DNA from: an uncultured Bacteroidales bacterium
GTDB lineage: Bacteria > Bacteroidota > Bacteroidia > Bacteroidales > UBA3824
Assembly (NCBI GenBank): GCA_947168365.1
Contig: CAMVLO010000002.1
Coordinates: 2,691 to 66,690, forward strand
Direction of reading: 5' to 3'
DNA length: 64,000 bases
Position numbers and translations under genes: made by a program. Shown one piece after another: positions 52,701-61,609 of this stretch. Positions within the stretch are counted from its first letter, which is position 1, and every line of letters starts with the position of its first letter. The notes beneath the pieces were generated by a model, which saw nothing but the letters and a program-made list of their open reading frames with translations, was not told the DNA's origin and searched no databases.

Positions 52701-52801
52701 TCAAAACCCTTTTTCTTCAGAAAGTCAACGATAGTAGATACTCCGACGTTGAGCTCTTTAGCAACTTTGTTTAATCTTATTTCTTTGTTCTCTTGTCCCA
52801 T
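49778..52801 (-). CDS. infB: Translation initiation factor IF-2
   Basis: G domain ([24 protein letters not shown]). The long K/E/Q-rich N-terminal region carries three VLGKI(D/E)L motifs. Confidence 0.97.
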   Translation of the reverse strand: MGQENKEIRLNKVAKELNVGVSTIVDFLKKKGFEVENNPNHRIDMKQYDILVKEFSSDIIAKKQMEKQAEIEKERKKAISAETKAKKQAEKTENTNQVPNKAEVKVLGKIDLDKNKNAKPTSNQNSQPQEVKKQETPEEKDNNPQPKAAQNKPSEGQNFKVLGKIDLNSINTKTRPDKKSKSEKQQEREQRQKDNQQAAKQAAEKQKQAQQQQPKQEQPKPEVKQTEQIPAAPETDNSVDEEEDDIFRPNTSKLTGPTVLGKIELPTADDKKSKRKKKRKRIDKERVDISEKGSETPKEGKKRHNKEGQGEKEGKGNKDRSNQKGGGNKDGKFDRNNKDGERNNNGGKSENRFNKGGKGKDNRRQPLPELTEEDVNKQIKETLAKLQGSKGKTKASKRRREKREEVRTKAAELEAQEEQEKKILKVTEFLTANELATLMDVQVNQVIATAFDLGEAVSINQRLDANLIDVIASEFGFDVEYIDADAEVTDDSEDENPEDLEPRPPIVTIMGHVDHGKTSLLDYIRNTNVIAGEAGGITQHIGAYNVELPDGKHITFLDTPGHEAFTAMRARGAKITDIAVIVIAADDSIMPQTEEAIAHAQAAGVPIIFAINKIDKPGANPDKIKEALANKNFLVEDWGGKYGSMDISAKKGINVDKLLDLILLQAEILELKANYHKPAIGSIIESSLDKGRGFVATIIVEGGVLKVGDVVWAGSHSGKIKAMFNERGKKITEARPAEPAVILGLDGAPVAGDKFKVMPDERSAREKANQRGMLEREMGARTQKHVTLEEIGRRIAIGNFQELNIIIKGDVQGSVEALTDSLEKLSTEEVQVKVIAKAVGQISESDVLLASASNALIIGFQVRPAASAKKLAEKEGISIKMYSIIYDAIDDVRDAMEGLLAPELKEEQTGTAEVQQLFKISKVGTIAGCLVKEGKIIRTNKCRVVRDGIVIFNGELASLKHYKDDAKEVPMGTECGLNIQGFNDLQVGDIIESYEEKEVKKTLPPIN

Positions 52802-52890
52802 ACGGAAAATTAAAGTTAATCGGCGTTAAATTAATTAATCTTGTATTTGTAATTTTTTTGTTGACTGTTTTTTTTTCAGTTTTACAAATA

Positions 52891-54126
52891 CTATTCAAAT
52901 TCTGCTTTGAGGATTCTTATAACGTCATCAATAGTTTCCTCCTCAAGGTCAGTACGTTTTACAAGTTCGTCTTTCGGGATATTGAGTACGTCTTTAGCGG
53001 TATCGCAACCGATATTTTTGAGAGTATCAATAATCCAAGTTTCGATTTCGTCAGAGAATTCTTCCAAATCAACGTCTTCTTCGCCTTCTTCGATATCTCT
53101 GAAAATTTCGATGTCATAACCTGTTAATTGTCCTGCCAATTTGATATTCGAACCGTTTCGTCCAATAGCTTTGGACACTTCTTCCGGAATGAGGTAAACT
53201 TCGGCTTTTTTGGTAGCGTCGTTTACTTTGATATCATTGATGATAGCAGGGCTGAGAGTACGTTGGATATACAGTTGGCTGTTGTTGCTGTAGTTGATAA
53301 CGTCGATGTTTTCGTTTCTAAGTTCGCGGACAATACCGTGAATTCTGGAACCTTTCATACCGACGCAAGCTCCAACCGGGTCGATTCTGTCATCGTAGCT
53401 TTCCACTGCCACTTTAGCTCTTTCTCCCGGTATACGTACAATCTTCTTGATAGTAATCAAACCGTCGAAAATTTCAGGAACTTCAAGCTCGAAAAGTCTT
53501 TCCAAGAAAGCCGGAGCAGTTCTGGAAAGAGTAATAATCGGGCTGCCGTTTTTCATTTCTACAGTATTGATAACAGCTCTGAGGTTGTCGCCTTTGTGGA
53601 AGAAATCGCTTGGTATTTGTTCCTGTTTCGGCAAAGACAATTCGTTGCCTTCGTCGTCCAGTACGAGAATTTCTTTTTTCCAAACCTGATATACTTCGCC
53701 AGTAACAATTTCACCAACTCTGTTTTTGTATTTTTCGTAGAGTTTTTCTTTTTCGAGTTCAAGGATTTTTGCGGTGAGGTTTTGTCTGAGCGTAAGAATA
53801 GCGCGGCGACCGAAGTCCTGAAATTTTACTTCATCAGTTACTTCTTCGTCGATTTCGTAATCTTCTTCTATTTTCTTAGCGTCAGATATTGAGATTTCAA
53901 GATTTGGGTCTTGTACATCTCCGTCCTCTACTACAACACGGTTTCTCCAAATTTCGAGATCGCCCTTGTCGATATTTATAATGATGTCGAAGTTTTCGTC
54001 TGTGCCAAATCTTTTAGCAAGTATATTCCTAAATACTTCCTCTATTACACGCATCATTGTTGCGCGGTCGATATTCTTTTGCTCTTTAAATTCGGCAAAG
54101 GATTCTATCAGATTGTTGATTTCCAT
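52891..54126 (-). CDS. nusA: Transcription termination/antitermination factor NusA
   Basis: S1 and two KH domains (GACVGMKGSRI). Position between rimP and infB. Confidence 0.95.
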   Translation of the reverse strand: MEINNLIESFAEFKEQKNIDRATMMRVIEEVFRNILAKRFGTDENFDIIINIDKGDLEIWRNRVVVEDGDVQDPNLEISISDAKKIEEDYEIDEEVTDEVKFQDFGRRAILTLRQNLTAKILELEKEKLYEKYKNRVGEIVTGEVYQVWKKEILVLDDEGNELSLPKQEQIPSDFFHKGDNLRAVINTVEMKNGSPIITLSRTAPAFLERLFELEVPEIFDGLITIKKIVRIPGERAKVAVESYDDRIDPVGACVGMKGSRIHGIVRELRNENIDVINYSNNSQLYIQRTLSPAIINDIKVNDATKKAEVYLIPEEVSKAIGRNGSNIKLAGQLTGYDIEIFRDIEEGEEDVDLEEFSDEIETWIIDTLKNIGCDTAKDVLNIPKDELVKRTDLEEETIDDVIRILKAEFE

Positions 54127-54150
54127 ATTTCCGACTAAAATATAATTATG

Positions 54151-54612
54151 TTATTTAAACGTAATTTTTAACTTTACACTTTTGATGTCGATAAAGTTCA
54201 AAGTTTGCTGTGTTGTAACTTTTACTTTTTTACCGTTTTGTTTTTCGTTGTGACTTTGTTCTATTGTCACGCCGTTGTCGTCAGCTGTTACTATTTTACC
54301 TTTGAGCTTTTCGCCGTCATTCATTAGTATGTCAACTTCCTTGCCAATGTTTTTGAGATATTGTCTTGTAATTCTCAAAGGCTCTGTAAGACCGGGACTT
54401 GATACTTCAAGTTCGTAATCTTCTTTTTCTCTGTCCATCAGTCCTTCGAGTACCCGGCTGATTTCTCCGCATTGGTCTATGGTGATTCCCGCGTCGGTAT
54501 CTGCCTTTATTGATATTACATTATCTTTGGTTACTTTGATATCTACAATAAAATATTGGCTAAGTTCTGGTGCTTGTTCGAATAATTCTTGTACTTGTTG
54601 CGCTGAAATCAT
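54151..54612 (-). CDS. rimP: Ribosome maturation factor RimP
   Basis: 153 aa. LEVSSPGL motif. Located upstream of nusA. Confidence 0.88.
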   Translation of the reverse strand: MISAQQVQELFEQAPELSQYFIVDIKVTKDNVISIKADTDAGITIDQCGEISRVLEGLMDREKEDYELEVSSPGLTEPLRITRQYLKNIGKEVDILMNDGEKLKGKIVTADDNGVTIEQSHNEKQNGKKVKVTTQQTLNFIDIKSVKLKITFK

Positions 54613-54767
54613 TTTTCAAATAAAGTTGAATAATAAAAAGAGGGGATTATATGGTCCCCTCTATCTTATTTTTTGTTGCGTTGCAAAATTATGTATTTTG
54701 TTTTAATATTCCAAAATAATTGTTGCTTTTTTTTGAAATTTATGATTTTACGTGTTTTTTTTAGCAA

Positions 54768-56549
54768 TTATTTCGGTTGTTCTACGCCGTAGATTTCGTT
54801 GATTACGGTTTCGTATTTTTGTGCAATTACTCGGCGTTTTAGTTTCTGAGTTTGTGTAAGTTCGCCGCTTTCTGCGCTCCATACGTCGGTTACGAGTCGG
54901 AATTTGGCTATTTGTTCTACTTTGCCGAGGGTTTTGTTTACTTTCTGTATTTCTGAATCTATCAGTTTTATTACTTTTTCGTTTTTTACAAGTGCTTCCG
55001 GCAAAAGATTCGGTTCGCCTTGTTGCTCCATGTAGATTTTCAACGCTTCAAAATTCGGTGATATGATTGCTGAGGCAAATTTTTGGCTTTCACCTACAAT
55101 ACACAATTGTGATATATAAGGTGATTCTTTGCATTTGCCTTCTATCATTTGCGGCGCGATGTATTTACCTGACGATGTTTTGAATACATCTTTCTTCCTG
55201 TCAGTGATATGCAAAAAGTTTGGTGCAGAGATGTATCCGATATCACCTGTACGGAAATATCCGTCTTCGGTCATTACTTCGCTTGTAGCTTCAGGATTTT
55301 TGTAATATCCTTTCATTACGTTCGGACCTTTTACAAGAATTTCGCCGTCTTCTGCTATTTTTACATCTTCGTTGCTTACGATTGGTCCGCAAGAAGAGAA
55401 TTTGTGATGATTGATATCAGCGTGAGCAATAATCGGTGAAGTTTCTGTAAGTCCGTAACCTTCACATACTTTGATTCCGGCACACCAGAGCATACGGCTG
55501 AGGTTTGGTGATATTGCAGCACCGCCGCAACCAAAGAATTTCATCTCGCCGCCAAAGAAATCTTCTCTCCAATGTTTGTAAACGAGTTTGTCCAAAATCA
55601 TGCGTTCGATATTGTAGAAGAATCCGTTAGCATTGTTGTGCTCAAATCTTTGACCGAGTTCTACGGCTTTGTTGAAAAGTTTTTTCTTCATGCCGGTAAA
55701 CTTTGCACCTTCTTTCATGATTCCTTCTACAATTTTTTCAGCTACACGCGGTACAGTGTTGCAACCGTTGGCTTTTATTTCGCAAAGGTCTTTTACAATT
55801 GTTCCGAGATTTTGTGCGTAATAGATACCGATTCCGAGATATTGGTACATGTAGTTGAAACATCTTTCGTATACGTGACAAAGCGGAAGTATTGACAATA
55901 CTTTGTGAGTATGATTGAGACCGAGGATATTGCAAGCACCTTGGAAATTGCTACAGAAATTCTTGTGAGTAAGCATTGCACCTTTGGAAAGTCCTGTAGT
56001 TCCCGAAGTATAAATTATAGAACAGAGGTCGTCTTCTTTTACATCTTTTTTAGCTTTCTCAAGTTCTTCTTTGTAGTATACTTCGCTTTTTTTACCAAGT
56101 TCCAAAACGGTGTTCCAATTTTCAACACCATCTATTTGGTTGAAAGAATATACTTTTTGTAATGACGGTATATTGTTGACAACTTGACTTACTCGTCTCC
56201 AAGCTACAGCATCGGATATAAATGCGAATTTAGCTTCGCAGTGATTGAGCATAAAATCATAATCCTTGCTGCTGATTGTCGGATAAACAGGAACGTGAAC
56301 TGCACCGGTCATAGCGATAGCCATATCAATATAATTCCATTCAGGTCTGTTGTTTGATACAGTAGCAATTTTATCGCCTTTTTTAACGCCTAACGCCAAG
56401 AGTCCGTATGCCAAATATGTGGCATTTTTCTTAAACTCTTCTGTGCTGATCTGATTCCACTGTCCGTCAACTTTGGCTGCCAAGCAATCCTTGCGAGGAA
56501 ATTTTTCCAAAGCGTAGTCTAATAGATCAAATGTTCTTGTTACGTTCAT
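54768..56549 (-). CDS. Long-chain-fatty-acid--CoA ligase (AMP-forming adenylation superfamily)
   Basis: AMP-binding signature IIYTSGTTGLSKGAMLTHKN, plus GYGLTE and RTGDIG. Confidence 0.85.
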   Translation of the reverse strand: MNVTRTFDLLDYALEKFPRKDCLAAKVDGQWNQISTEEFKKNATYLAYGLLALGVKKGDKIATVSNNRPEWNYIDMAIAMTGAVHVPVYPTISSKDYDFMLNHCEAKFAFISDAVAWRRVSQVVNNIPSLQKVYSFNQIDGVENWNTVLELGKKSEVYYKEELEKAKKDVKEDDLCSIIYTSGTTGLSKGAMLTHKNFCSNFQGACNILGLNHTHKVLSILPLCHVYERCFNYMYQYLGIGIYYAQNLGTIVKDLCEIKANGCNTVPRVAEKIVEGIMKEGAKFTGMKKKLFNKAVELGQRFEHNNANGFFYNIERMILDKLVYKHWREDFFGGEMKFFGCGGAAISPNLSRMLWCAGIKVCEGYGLTETSPIIAHADINHHKFSSCGPIVSNEDVKIAEDGEILVKGPNVMKGYYKNPEATSEVMTEDGYFRTGDIGYISAPNFLHITDRKKDVFKTSSGKYIAPQMIEGKCKESPYISQLCIVGESQKFASAIISPNFEALKIYMEQQGEPNLLPEALVKNEKVIKLIDSEIQKVNKTLGKVEQIAKFRLVTDVWSAESGELTQTQKLKRRVIAQKYETVINEIYGVEQPK

Positions 56550-57127
56550 AATTTATTGTGGTTTTTAATTGTTCTCTTGATTAATAATTTTTTCTGCCGC
56601 AAAGATAAGAATAATTTTTCGAATTTTTTTCACGGTCGAAAAATATTTTTTTTGTTAATTTTCATTTAATTAGTTGTATTGTAAGGGGTTGAAATGAATT
56701 TAAATATTCGAAAATTTTTAGAATTTATTTTAAAATCGAATTTATTCGAGGCTTTTTGTTCTTCATTTTTAATGTTTACAACACAAAATGATGCAATTAT
56801 TTATCAAATTTGTGGTAATTTTTCGTTTTTTTCGATTTTTTGAAATTTTATAATTTTTGTCGGGTTTGATTTCGGATTATATCTTGTAACAAAAATTGAT
56901 TGTAAAATCTTTATTCGCCCCTCGCAAGTAAACCTTTTATGATTTAGTATCAATTATTTACATCGTTTTTGGAGCGGACATTTTTTTTATGGTGCGGACA
57001 TCGTGGAGGACGGACCTTTATATAATGGTGTATTTACATCTCAAATTTTTTTGCGCGGAGTTGCACGAAAAGAAATTAAATTAGCTTTGTCCGAAAGTAA
57101 GAGATGTCACAAAAGATAATTGATGTT

Positions 57128-57165
57128 AAAAAAAAATAAAGGCCACCGGAAATAATCCGGCAGCC
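57128..57165 (-). terminator. Terminator of the DUF5606-like gene
   Basis: Stem GGCTGCCGGA/TCCGGTGGCC (read on the minus strand, 2-nt internal mismatch) followed by TTTATTTTTTTTT. Confidence 0.65.
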
Positions 57166-57194
57166 GTGTTGGTATGCAAAAATTAAGTATATTC

Positions 57195-57824
57195 TTATTT
57201 TGTTTCTTCAGCTGATTGGTCTTCCGGTTTTGAAAGTTTTTTAGAACGTGTAGAAGTTCTTTTCTTGGTTTTGATTTCGCCGCCTTCTTCAGCAGCCGGA
57301 GTTTCTTCGTCAGTTTTCTTTGTAGCTTTTTTACGAGTTTTTTTAGGTTTTTCTTCAGCTTGAGCCTCAGCAGCTTCTGCCGGTTTTTCTTCTTCAGCTT
57401 TTGTTTCTTCTTCAGCTTTTTCAGATTCGTCAGCCTCGCCGTCTACAAAACCTTTTTCTACCAAAATATTGTACCAAGCGTAAGCACGTTTGATATCCGA
57501 AAGAAATACTCGGTCGGTGTCCCAGTTAGGAAGAGCTTTAGAGAAAAGTTGTGTAAGTTCTTCATTTGAAGCTTTTTTAGGATTGAATGGAGTTTTAGTA
57601 CCGTTCAATGCTTTGTAAAGATTTCTATAAACTTCAGAAAGTTTTGTGTCACCGTCTGTTGTATATATAGAGATATCTTCCAATGCGCTAATTCTTGAAG
57701 TCGCAAATGCAAGGCAACGTTTGCCGTCTACGATAGACTCTACGATTAAACCATTTTTAGCTTGTGCCACGTGTTTGTACAAACCTGGGTATGTGGCGAT
57801 TGATAGAATACCTTTTAAATTCAT
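57195..57824 (-). CDS. DUF5606-like protein with a Lys/Glu/Ala-rich C-terminal tail
   Basis: The N-terminal domain MNLKGILSIATYPGLYKHV...GKRCLAFATSRISALEDISIYT matches what I recall of the Bacteroidota DUF5606 family. The C-terminal 75 aa are low complexity. Confidence 0.55.
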   Translation of the reverse strand: MNLKGILSIATYPGLYKHVAQAKNGLIVESIVDGKRCLAFATSRISALEDISIYTTDGDTKLSEVYRNLYKALNGTKTPFNPKKASNEELTQLFSKALPNWDTDRVFLSDIKRAYAWYNILVEKGFVDGEADESEKAEEETKAEEEKPAEAAEAQAEEKPKKTRKKATKKTDEETPAAEEGGEIKTKKRTSTRSKKLSKPEDQSAEETK

Positions 57825-57965
57825 TTTATGTAATTTTTGAAACTAAATTGAGATTGCAAAGATAAAAAAAATCTGCTGCTTTGAAAAAAAACTTTCAACT
57901 AAAATTTTATTGATTTATCTTTGCAACAAATTTAGAAATTAAAATTTAATATTGGAAATAAAACA

Positions 57966-58601
57966 ATGAAAAAATGTTTTTTAATTACCAAAGCTTTTGC
58001 ATGTGCTTTGTCCTTGACAGCTTTGGTTGGCTGTGGTAGCCAGTCAAACTCTAATGGTGCTGCTTCAAACGGCTCTGCTTCAAATGGTTCCGGCGATATC
58101 GCTTTTGTTTACATCGATAGTCTTGTAAATGGATATGATCTCTACAATGATGAAGCTACTAAACTTATGGCTAAACAAAATCAGTATGAACAAGAACTTA
58201 ACAGCAAGGGTAAATCCATCGAACGCCGTATGATGGAATTGCAAAAAAATTACGAAAACAAGCTTGTTACTCCTACAAGAGCTCAGGAAATCGGTCAACA
58301 ACTTCAGGTTGAACAACAGAAACTTCTTCAACTTAGAGATCAACAATCTATGGAACTTGCTGACGATCAAGCTCAAATCATGGGTCGCGTTGGTGATTCT
58401 ATCAAAAATTTTATCAAAGAATTTAATGCTGACCACAAATACAAATTTATTTTGAGTACACAAGGCAGTTCTACTTTGCTCTATGCAGATCCTGCTGCTG
58501 ATATTACTAATGTTGTTCTCAAAGAATTGAACAATCGTTATAATAAAAACGATGGAGCATCTGCTGTAGCTCCTGCTGCTGATTCTACTGCTGCAAAATA
58601 A
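57966..58601 (+). CDS. OmpH/Skp-family periplasmic chaperone (lipoprotein form)
   Basis: Lipobox ALVGCGS and a central Q/E-rich coiled coil (QNQYEQELNSKGKSIERRMMELQKNYE). Confidence 0.7.
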   Translation: MKKCFLITKAFACALSLTALVGCGSQSNSNGAASNGSASNGSGDIAFVYIDSLVNGYDLYNDEATKLMAKQNQYEQELNSKGKSIERRMMELQKNYENKLVTPTRAQEIGQQLQVEQQKLLQLRDQQSMELADDQAQIMGRVGDSIKNFIKEFNADHKYKFILSTQGSSTLLYADPAADITNVVLKELNNRYNKNDGASAVAPAADSTAAK

Positions 58602-58620
58602 TTTTACTTTATTAATAATT

Positions 58621-58662
58621 AAGCACTCTGATTCTGATTTTTCAGGGTGCTTTATTTTTTTT
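58621..58662 (+). terminator. Intrinsic terminator after skp
   Basis: 11-bp stem AAGCACTCTGA/TCAGGGTGCTT followed by a T run. Confidence 0.75.
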
Positions 58663-58679
58663 TACAGTTTTTATCGTTT

Positions 58680-59924
58680 ATGCAAAATTTTTTCGATACA
58701 TATTTTCTGAGATACAACGTTTTCCCGGCTCATATTTCACAAGTTCCACATCCGGAACTCAAACTTATTGTAATAATTCCGTCTTACAACGAGCCTGATA
58801 TTGAGCCTACTCTAAAATCGTTGCTAAATTGTAAACCTACAAAATTTCCGGTGGAAGTAATTGTAGTAATCAATTCGCGTGAAAACGATTCTGAGGATGT
58901 AATCCGTCAAAACGAATTTACAATCAGTCAGATAGAAAAAGTAAATTCTCAGAAAATGCGTAACGATATCAATATTTATTATTGTCGTGAAGAGCGTTTG
59001 CCGCGAAAACATGCGGGAGTGGGTTTCGCACGAAAAATTGGTATGGACGAGGCTGTAAGAAGATTTGCTCAAATCGGTAATTCTGAGGGTGTTATTATAA
59101 ATTTTGATGCTGACAGTACTTGTAATTACGAATATCTTTACGAGATCGAAAACTTTTTTTTGCATCATCCCAAGGCCGAGGCAGTTTCAATTTATTTTCA
59201 GCATGATATTGATTCTGAGGAATATCCGGAGTTTAACAGAATTGCAATTGCAAAATACGAACTTTACATGCGGTATTATATTTTGGCGCAACGTTACGCC
59301 GGATTTCCGCACGCATTTCATACAATGGGATCGTCGTTTGCCGTGAGAGTAAAACCGTATTGTTTGGAAGGCGGCATGAATCGTCGTCAAGCCGGCGAGG
59401 ATTTTTACTTTTTACAAAAAGTGATTCCGCGAGGTAAATTTTTCAGTTTGAATTCTGCCGTGGTTTATCCTTCTATTAGATGTTCGCAGCGTGTGCCTTT
59501 TGGTACGGGTATGACTTTAACTCAAATGAAATCGTTGGAATACAGCGTTTTTGATGTTAGAAGTTTTGAAGCATTGAAGAAATTTTTCTCAACCGCAAAA
59601 TTTTTCTTTACTGACAAATCCAAAGTAATAATTGATGATTGTCTGACTGAATTTTTGTCACAAAATGATTTTTACAAGGCTGTGGATCAGATGGTTGAGA
59701 ACAGTACCAACGAAACTACATTTTTGAAACGTTTCTTTACATGGTTTGATGCTTTCAGATTGTTGAAATTTTTGCATTTTATTCACGAAGGCTATTTCTC
59801 ACCGGTTCCTGTAGAAAAAAGTGCATCACAATTGCTTGATATTTTGGGTATTGACTATAATAAAAACGATATTTCGGCTCAAACTCTTCTTAGAAAATAC
59901 CGTGAGCTGAAAATGGATGTTTAA
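58680..59924 (+). CDS. Family 2 glycosyltransferase
   Basis: LIVIIPSYNEP near the N-terminus and the DxD-type NFDADS. I chose the start at ATG 58680 because the tracked start lies inside the skp terminator. Confidence 0.75.
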   Translation: MQNFFDTYFLRYNVFPAHISQVPHPELKLIVIIPSYNEPDIEPTLKSLLNCKPTKFPVEVIVVINSRENDSEDVIRQNEFTISQIEKVNSQKMRNDINIYYCREERLPRKHAGVGFARKIGMDEAVRRFAQIGNSEGVIINFDADSTCNYEYLYEIENFFLHHPKAEAVSIYFQHDIDSEEYPEFNRIAIAKYELYMRYYILAQRYAGFPHAFHTMGSSFAVRVKPYCLEGGMNRRQAGEDFYFLQKVIPRGKFFSLNSAVVYPSIRCSQRVPFGTGMTLTQMKSLEYSVFDVRSFEALKKFFSTAKFFFTDKSKVIIDDCLTEFLSQNDFYKAVDQMVENSTNETTFLKRFFTWFDAFRLLKFLHFIHEGYFSPVPVEKSASQLLDILGIDYNKNDISAQTLLRKYRELKMDV

Positions 59925-61489
59925 TAATTGAGCAACTTGCTGAGTGCCAACGATGACAACGGTTTGTAAATGATAATATCCGACAATGCCATTATTTTGT
60001 TTTTCTCGGTTTCGTTTGGCTTTTCCGAAACTATGAAAGCCAATCTTGCGTCGGGTTTTTCATCAAGAATCTGACGCGCAAATCTCAAACTGATTTCTAT
60101 TGTTGTAATTACTTCTACAATTATGTAAATGATATTTTTGCCTGATTTGAAATATTTTATGATTTCATCCATTTCTTTTACTTGTTGAACTTCAAAATTG
60201 TACGAATTGCAGAATGTTTTTATCGTACAAAAATCTTTGTCAGCCGGAGTAGCTACCAAAATTATACCGCTGTGTTTCTGTTTGTTGATATGACTTTCTA
60301 TTGCATCGTAAATATTATTTTCTTCCTTTTTTTCTTCCAAAAGCGGAATTTCTACCCAAAAACTGCTTCCGATATTTACGTGACTTTCCACACCGATTTC
60401 TCCGTTCATCAGGTTAACAAGACCTTTGCAAATACTCAAGCCGAGTCCTGCGCCTTCAAAATGGCGTGACAATGATTGTTCGTCCTGCGTAAATGATTCA
60501 AATATAGTATCTTTACGTTTTTGATCGAATCCTATTCCGGTGTCGGCTACTATGAATTTTATTTTGCTGTTGCTAATTACATATTCGATATTTACGCTTC
60601 CTACTTTGGTAAATTTTATAGCGTTGGCAACTAAATTATAAAGTATCTTGAAATATCCGTTTTCAAAACCGCGGATATATTTTTTTTGAGTTAAATTGCT
60701 TACAACATTTATTTCAAGATTTTTATTTAGTTGTCGCTTGATATCTTGCGCTTGGTTTACGATATTGGCAACCAATAAGTTGACATCAAATGTAGAAATC
60801 GAAATTTCAATATCGCCGGATTTTATTTGCGAATAATAAATTATATCGTTGAAAGTATCAATAAAACGGCTTGTTGACTTGTTGAGAATTTCAGTGTATT
60901 CCTGACGGCGCTCAGGCGATAGGCTGGGGGAGACCAGAAATTGTGAAAATCCAAGTATTCCGTTTATCGGGGTTCGTATTTCGTGATTGATTACAGCAAG
61001 AAATGCCGATTTTAGTTTGTCGGATTGCAAAGCTTTTTGGCGTGCCTCTTCCAACAACAGATAACTCTCTTTCAGCTTGGTACTTTCGTTAGAAATCATC
61101 AGTCTGAGTGAGCGTATCATTTTTTCGTAAATATTTTTTGTGTTGTTGATTTCTTTGTTGTCGCGGATTAGTCTTTCGTATGCAATTTCCTTTTCGTTGA
61201 GCAAAGTGGTAGTAAATTCCAATTCGTTGGATAATTTTTCTTTGTCATCGAGATATTGTTTTTCGTTTTTTTCTGCTGTTTTAGCAAATTTCATGTATAT
61301 CGCAATGAGAATGATATAAGATGCTAAATTTGCAAAACCGAACAAACCCAATTCAAATGTTAATAAACTTCGGGAAGAGGTATACAAAGTGGTAGTTTGT
61401 GATTGTATAAACCATACCAATATCGCGTACAAGACGATATTTATGATTAGAATTATTAAAAATATTATGGGTTTGTGATTTTTCTGCAT
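59921..61489 (-). CDS. Membrane sensor histidine kinase with a degenerate C-terminal receiver-like domain
   Basis: Two N-terminal TM helices and a coiled coil. H-box VINHEIRTPINGILGFS, N box LVANAIKFT, and G boxes DTGIGF and GAGLGLSI. The C-terminal ~120 aa look receiver-like but lack the acidic pocket (ILVATPAD). Confidence 0.85.
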   Translation of the reverse strand: MQKNHKPIIFLIILIINIVLYAILVWFIQSQTTTLYTSSRSLLTFELGLFGFANLASYIILIAIYMKFAKTAEKNEKQYLDDKEKLSNELEFTTTLLNEKEIAYERLIRDNKEINNTKNIYEKMIRSLRLMISNESTKLKESYLLLEEARQKALQSDKLKSAFLAVINHEIRTPINGILGFSQFLVSPSLSPERRQEYTEILNKSTSRFIDTFNDIIYYSQIKSGDIEISISTFDVNLLVANIVNQAQDIKRQLNKNLEINVVSNLTQKKYIRGFENGYFKILYNLVANAIKFTKVGSVNIEYVISNSKIKFIVADTGIGFDQKRKDTIFESFTQDEQSLSRHFEGAGLGLSICKGLVNLMNGEIGVESHVNIGSSFWVEIPLLEEKKEENNIYDAIESHINKQKHSGIILVATPADKDFCTIKTFCNSYNFEVQQVKEMDEIIKYFKSGKNIIYIIVEVITTIEISLRFARQILDEKPDARLAFIVSEKPNETEKNKIMALSDIIIYKPLSSLALSKLLNY

Positions 61490-61609
61490 TCGAGTTTGAA
61501 TTTTTCGGTCGGCTCAAATGTAGAAAAAAAATTCAATTAAATACTTTTTTTATTGTTGTTTTTGCGAATTTATTTTTTTAATTTGGCGTTTTGTAAATAA
61601 CGACTTATT

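Noticed and set aside
49778-52801. Repeated VLGKI(D/E)L motifs and a long K/E/Q-rich region in IF-2, considered as a possible inserted element.
   Set aside because: Low-complexity N-terminal extensions with such short repeats are a normal feature of bacterial IF-2 proteins. There is no frame disruption or compositional boundary.
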